From Elusimicrobiota bacterium (lineage in GTDB: Bacteria; CG03; SLGR01; JBDRKX01), in assembly GCA_043813605.1 (NCBI GenBank), contig JBDRKX010000131.1:1-39925 (forward strand): a DNA stretch of 39,925 nucleotides, given 5' to 3'. The notes under the pieces were generated by a model that saw only the letters and a list, made by a program, of their open reading frames with translations, did no database searches and was not told where the DNA came from. Positions 39,001 to 39,925 of this stretch are shown here, one piece after another. The first letter of the stretch is position 1, and every line of letters begins with the position of its first letter. A program made the position numbers and the translations under genes.

Positions 39001-39924
39001 CACACGCAGCAATTTTTTAGAATCCATATACAGATTAATGAGATCTCTAACTTCTTTTTTGCTCAATCTCTTTTTGGTAAACCTCTTCTGGCGGCTGAAA
39101 GCAAAATGCAGGTTATCGATATCATCATCGAAATTCAGGGTTGGTTCCCCTGACATAATACCTATAGTCTTCTCTTTTTCTCTTTCTATATTTATCCTGG
39201 TGGCTATTGCTAAACTTATGTCTTTTTCAATATCTATGAATCCGTTTTTTTCCACAACGGCCTTACCGGAAACGATTATCTTATCTTCAGTTATTCCGGG
39301 CCTTGTTTCTTCCAGTGTTTCCCTGATAAACTTTCTACCAACAGGTTCACTTTTATATGCAAGATCTGCAGGAATGACTTCGGATACGGTTTCTGATTCT
39401 TTGCCGGTTTCAATATCCATTTCCGCCGGTACTGGAGGAGTTTTGGTTTTCTTTTGCTGTATCACACGCACTTTACGGACTTTCTCCCTGCCCAGTACGT
39501 TCAGCGTGAATACTATCCCGGCCGACACGATCACCGCTATTGCCGCTGCCAGCGGGCCGGCGCTAACCAGCAGAACAGCCGATATACCCGCTCCGATTAC
39601 ACCCGCGCCGGTTATCAATAATACACGGTATCTCGACAGGAAATTTTTCTTAACAGGTTTTTCGGCTATCTTCAGCGTATCCTGCAGTATATCCCCGCCC
39701 TTCAGCAGTTCCTGCAGTTTCGCTATCCGGGACGCATCACGAACGTTTATCCCGAGCTCGACATTCTCCGCCTGAAGACTGTCTCCCATAAACAAGGGCC
39801 ATCTCTCGTCTTTTGACTCTATCAGTCCCTTAAGGTATCCGCTCAATCCTTCTGACGCCATCTCTTCACGGTCGGATTCCGTAAATACCGCCGCCGTCTC
39901 TATTATCTTCTTCACTACGGACGC
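1..39924 (-). CDS. Giant multidomain membrane polyprotein-like ORF (>13,308 aa; partial at both ends)
   Basis: Manual translation of one minus frame gives protein at both edges (ASVVKKIIETAAVF at the right edge; EGREDLESSL at the left edge). Recognisable domains occur throughout in that same frame, and no TAA/TAG/TGA was met in any line translated. The ORF track has no ORF in this frame (its four minus ORFs are in the other frames), as expected if the frame never closes within the window. Confidence 0.95.
244..1110 (-). other. Domain of giant ORF: DUF58 (MoxR-associated VWA-like protein)
   Basis: GGFRSLFMGPDGAEFEDIVEYQPGEDDPKKID, EERDLPIMVIQDVSAS, GTDL, RRSLVFVISDF, LSRRHEIV, GLIRIKDSETGE. 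Confidence 0.92.
1201..3780 (-). other. Domain of giant ORF: alpha-helical HEAT/ARM-like solenoid region (~850 aa)
   Basis: Recurrent amphipathic helix pairs, e.g. LKDSPDPNARQVLLALL, LEDNTVRKAVLASL, FLHNADAKSQAVTLDYL. No catalytic motif seen. Confidence 0.55.
4873..5904 (-). other. Domain of giant ORF: BatB-like VWA membrane protein
   Basis: IDFARAQVLY, VAGPRGG, DVTPSM, RLGLIVFGG, STNIAS, IISDGEDF, LMQIRDMSGGIY, YFMLPAAILYLL. Confidence 0.88.
6013..6720 (-). other. Domain of giant ORF: BatC-like TPR protein
   Basis: EKGNEYFAEGKYKEALRMY, AYFNQANT...YRNALKVNPDNKDARWNLE, Q/K/G/S-rich tail, ends KGVW. Confidence 0.85.
6907..7959 (-). other. Domain of giant ORF: BatA-like VWA membrane protein
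   Basis: EPYFL N-terminal TM, ILALAKP, MIDAS DVSSSM, RIGLVKF, STALGDG, VVLVTDG, TLTEMANMTGGRFF, C-terminal TM. Confidence 0.88.
8095..8961 (-). other. Domain of giant ORF: BatD/DUF4381-like membrane protein of MoxR-Bat loci
   Basis: LSKTELRVEEEF beta-rich N-region, one TM helix, EPAEIALQEI, LRDSDLVRFAG. Confidence 0.7.
9001..10140 (-). other. Domain of giant ORF: putative zincin metalloprotease (intact HExxH)
   Basis: GVMAFVLPEGPERGSIYIPTDFL...IEVIIPHESLHY (HESLH 9928-9942), the typical strand-strand-helix zincin context. Confidence 0.65.
12519..12803. repeat. ~285-bp direct repeat, copy A, encoding LGRRKPEE..EEKLSDIYGLGL.ELKQR.KAVLNDKKLRTASQTDA.LQKTLRVL.SRYNGLN
   Basis: Direct sequence comparison with 15849-16133; the two copies are in frame. 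Confidence 0.95.
12850..15120 (-). repeat. Large unknown domain, copy 2 (~760 aa)
   Basis: Same motif order as copy 1 (GYFEYDNKGKIIVPGGLDFW, SESGHLFHYL, PKLAQLYVDDWRS). DNA is clearly diverged from copy 1. Confidence 0.8.
15849..16133. repeat. ~285-bp direct repeat, copy B (offset 3330 nt from copy A)
   Basis: Only 6 mismatches counted over the 160-bp core (15951-16110 vs 12621-12780). Confidence 0.95.
16801..19320 (-). repeat. Large unknown domain, copy 1 (~840 aa)
   Basis: Shares ordered motifs with 12850-15120: GY.K/E.D..GK.I.PGG..FW, TQD.F, E.GHLFH, EY.YLTY..G.D, LDPAE, EE(Y/F)W.H, PKL.Q...DDWRS. Confidence 0.8.
21091..22260 (-). other. Domain of giant ORF: acyl-CoA dehydrogenase
   Basis: ALTEPDAGSD (21844-21873), YILNGTKRFIT, RIQFGRPI, LFGGSGY, ERLVRDAKVLETYEGTSDIQR (catalytic Glu at the short/medium-chain position). 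Confidence 0.95.
22699..24981 (-). other. Domain of giant ORF: family 5 peptide solute-binding protein (OppA/AppA-like) with ~258-aa insertion
   Basis: PVYGG, YNPPLASDSAS, PSLAESWDV, TFKLKKGTKWH, LTAHDVMFSY, PVGTGPY, IQEIFAEDIPIIFL, terminal WFIP. Preceded by the TM anchor KKGVAVVSALAIVLSFIF. Confidence 0.9.
25168..25998 (-). other. Domain of giant ORF: OppC/DppC-type peptide ABC permease
   Basis: KFRNNKLALFG, HLMGTDELGRDVLSRLIYG, LSYLGIGVMPPTPTWG, C-terminal LGNGIRDALD. Confidence 0.93.
26068..26826 (-). other. Domain of giant ORF: OppD/DppD-type ABC ATPase
   Basis: LDIEDLQTNF, Walker A GESGSGKS (26689-26712), YPFQLSGGMQQR, LLIADEITTALDV, DPQHGYSKLL. Confidence 0.93.
26866..27633 (-). other. 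Domain of giant ORF: OppF/DppF-type ABC ATPase
   Basis: Walker A GESGSGKST (27490-27516), FPHEFSGGQRQRIAIARAL, Walker B FIVLDESVAGLD. Confidence 0.93.
27766..28710 (-). other. Domain of giant ORF: OppB/DppB-type peptide ABC permease
   Basis: IPILLGITIISFWIIHLAPG at the N-terminus, multiple hydrophobic helices, EAA-type loop region (AARAKGLSE), C-terminal LLGNMMADIFYGYAHP. Confidence 0.93.
29650..30480 (-). repeat. Two tandem helical protein repeats of unknown function (~159-aa period)
   Basis: SQLQTAITRAVWPKKKEYELSRKI / SKLQSLVSATIWSKSKDDLLSREI and LGKTMDYIDYLSKQVE / LGNTMDYADFLSKQIE recur about 477 nt apart. Confidence 0.75.
31027..31551 (-). repeat. Short direct repeat (31027-31080 and 31498-31551) encoding hydrophobic LTGKLLSIP(I/V)IG(L/I)I(V/L)GYA
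   Basis: Both copies share the DNA core cggaatagaaagcagttt(g/a)ccggttaa and are in the same frame. Confidence 0.85.
31591..32961 (-). other. Domain of giant ORF: degenerate second Cys/Met PLP-enzyme copy lacking the PLP lysine
   Basis: LYSRLGHAGVVTLE, AITDSF (for VDNTF), DYVNHVLYYEGAELGGV (no Lys), RFENNAGRIFEIL and LRVGIEN are colinear with the family fold. Confidence 0.65.
33271..34401 (-). other. Domain of giant ORF: Cys/Met metabolism PLP enzyme (methionine gamma-lyase / cystathionine gamma-lyase-like)
   Basis: YGCT, YAETVTNPNL, VLVDNTFATP, DMVMTGLTKGLTGSGNIMGG (PLP Lys 33805-33807), VSLGQVRTLMERPSGGTH, IRGAVGIE. Confidence 0.9.
34720..36681 (-). other. Domain of giant ORF: M3A family metallo-oligopeptidase (thimet oligopeptidase/oligopeptidase A-like)
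   Basis: RTFENTV, YLDLYPRKDK, LLSHGEVVTFYHELFH (HExxH 35323-35337), DYNEFASQ, YESGYYGYLWS, LEKGGS, FLGREPREEAFL. Confidence 0.92.
36862..38679 (-). other. Domain of giant ORF: aminotransferase class V / SufS-like cysteine desulfurase, tandem split architecture
   Basis: First partial copy has YSNIHRGSG and RFEAGTPN. Second copy has YVNLDNGAS, EHNSNELPW, GASNVLG, IDAAQ, DYLVFSGHKMYAPFGTG (PLP Lys 37435-37437), GIGVRSGCFCAH and VRVSLGLEN. Confidence 0.9.
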
Positions 39925-39925
39925 C

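Noticed and set aside
39121..39180. IGIMSGEPTL resembles the radical SAM GGEP motif
   Set aside because: No CxxxCxxC seen upstream and the surrounding sequence does not continue the fold pattern.
95..39775. The many plus-strand ORFs in the track (up to 282 aa)
   Set aside because: They are Ser/Phe/Ile-rich antisense shadows of the minus-strand coding frame and show no recognisable motifs.
1..39924. Stop-codon reassignment or readthrough explaining the long ORF
   Set aside because: No TGA, TAG or TAA was found in frame, including at the junctions I translated, so no recoding is needed.
1..39925. CRISPR arrays, tRNA/rRNA, IS elements, inteins, NRPS/PKS modules
   Set aside because: No regularly spaced repeats, non-coding space, transposase motifs, intein terminal motifs or C-A-T/KS-AT motifs were seen in the parts read.

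Overview
The whole window is an internal slice of one giant minus-strand open reading frame: codons on + positions 3n+1..3n+3, 39924->1, 13,308 codons, with no in-frame stop and open at both edges. This is probably why it is missing from the supplied ORF track. Read N- to C-terminally (right to left), it strings together what are normally many separate genes: a split SufS-like class V PLP enzyme; an M3A oligopeptidase; a methionine/cystathionine gamma-lyase plus a degenerate second copy; a complete Opp/Dpp-type peptide ABC importer (permease B, two ATPases, permease C, solute-binding protein); an acyl-CoA dehydrogenase; two copies of an unknown ~800-aa domain; several intact or degenerate zincin-like modules; helical solenoid regions; and most of a MoxR-associated Bat operon (BatD/DUF4381-like, BatA, BatC, BatB, DUF58). 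Many junctions carry transmembrane or signal-peptide-like segments and some carry RAPP/RGPP motifs. The architecture resembles the giant genes reported in Omnitrophota (taxonomy is inference). The most novel signals are operons encoded as a single polyprotein, dimeric enzymes apparently rebuilt as asymmetric single-chain pseudo-dimers, and possible signal-peptidase processing sites. Domain boundaries are approximate and come from manual translation.
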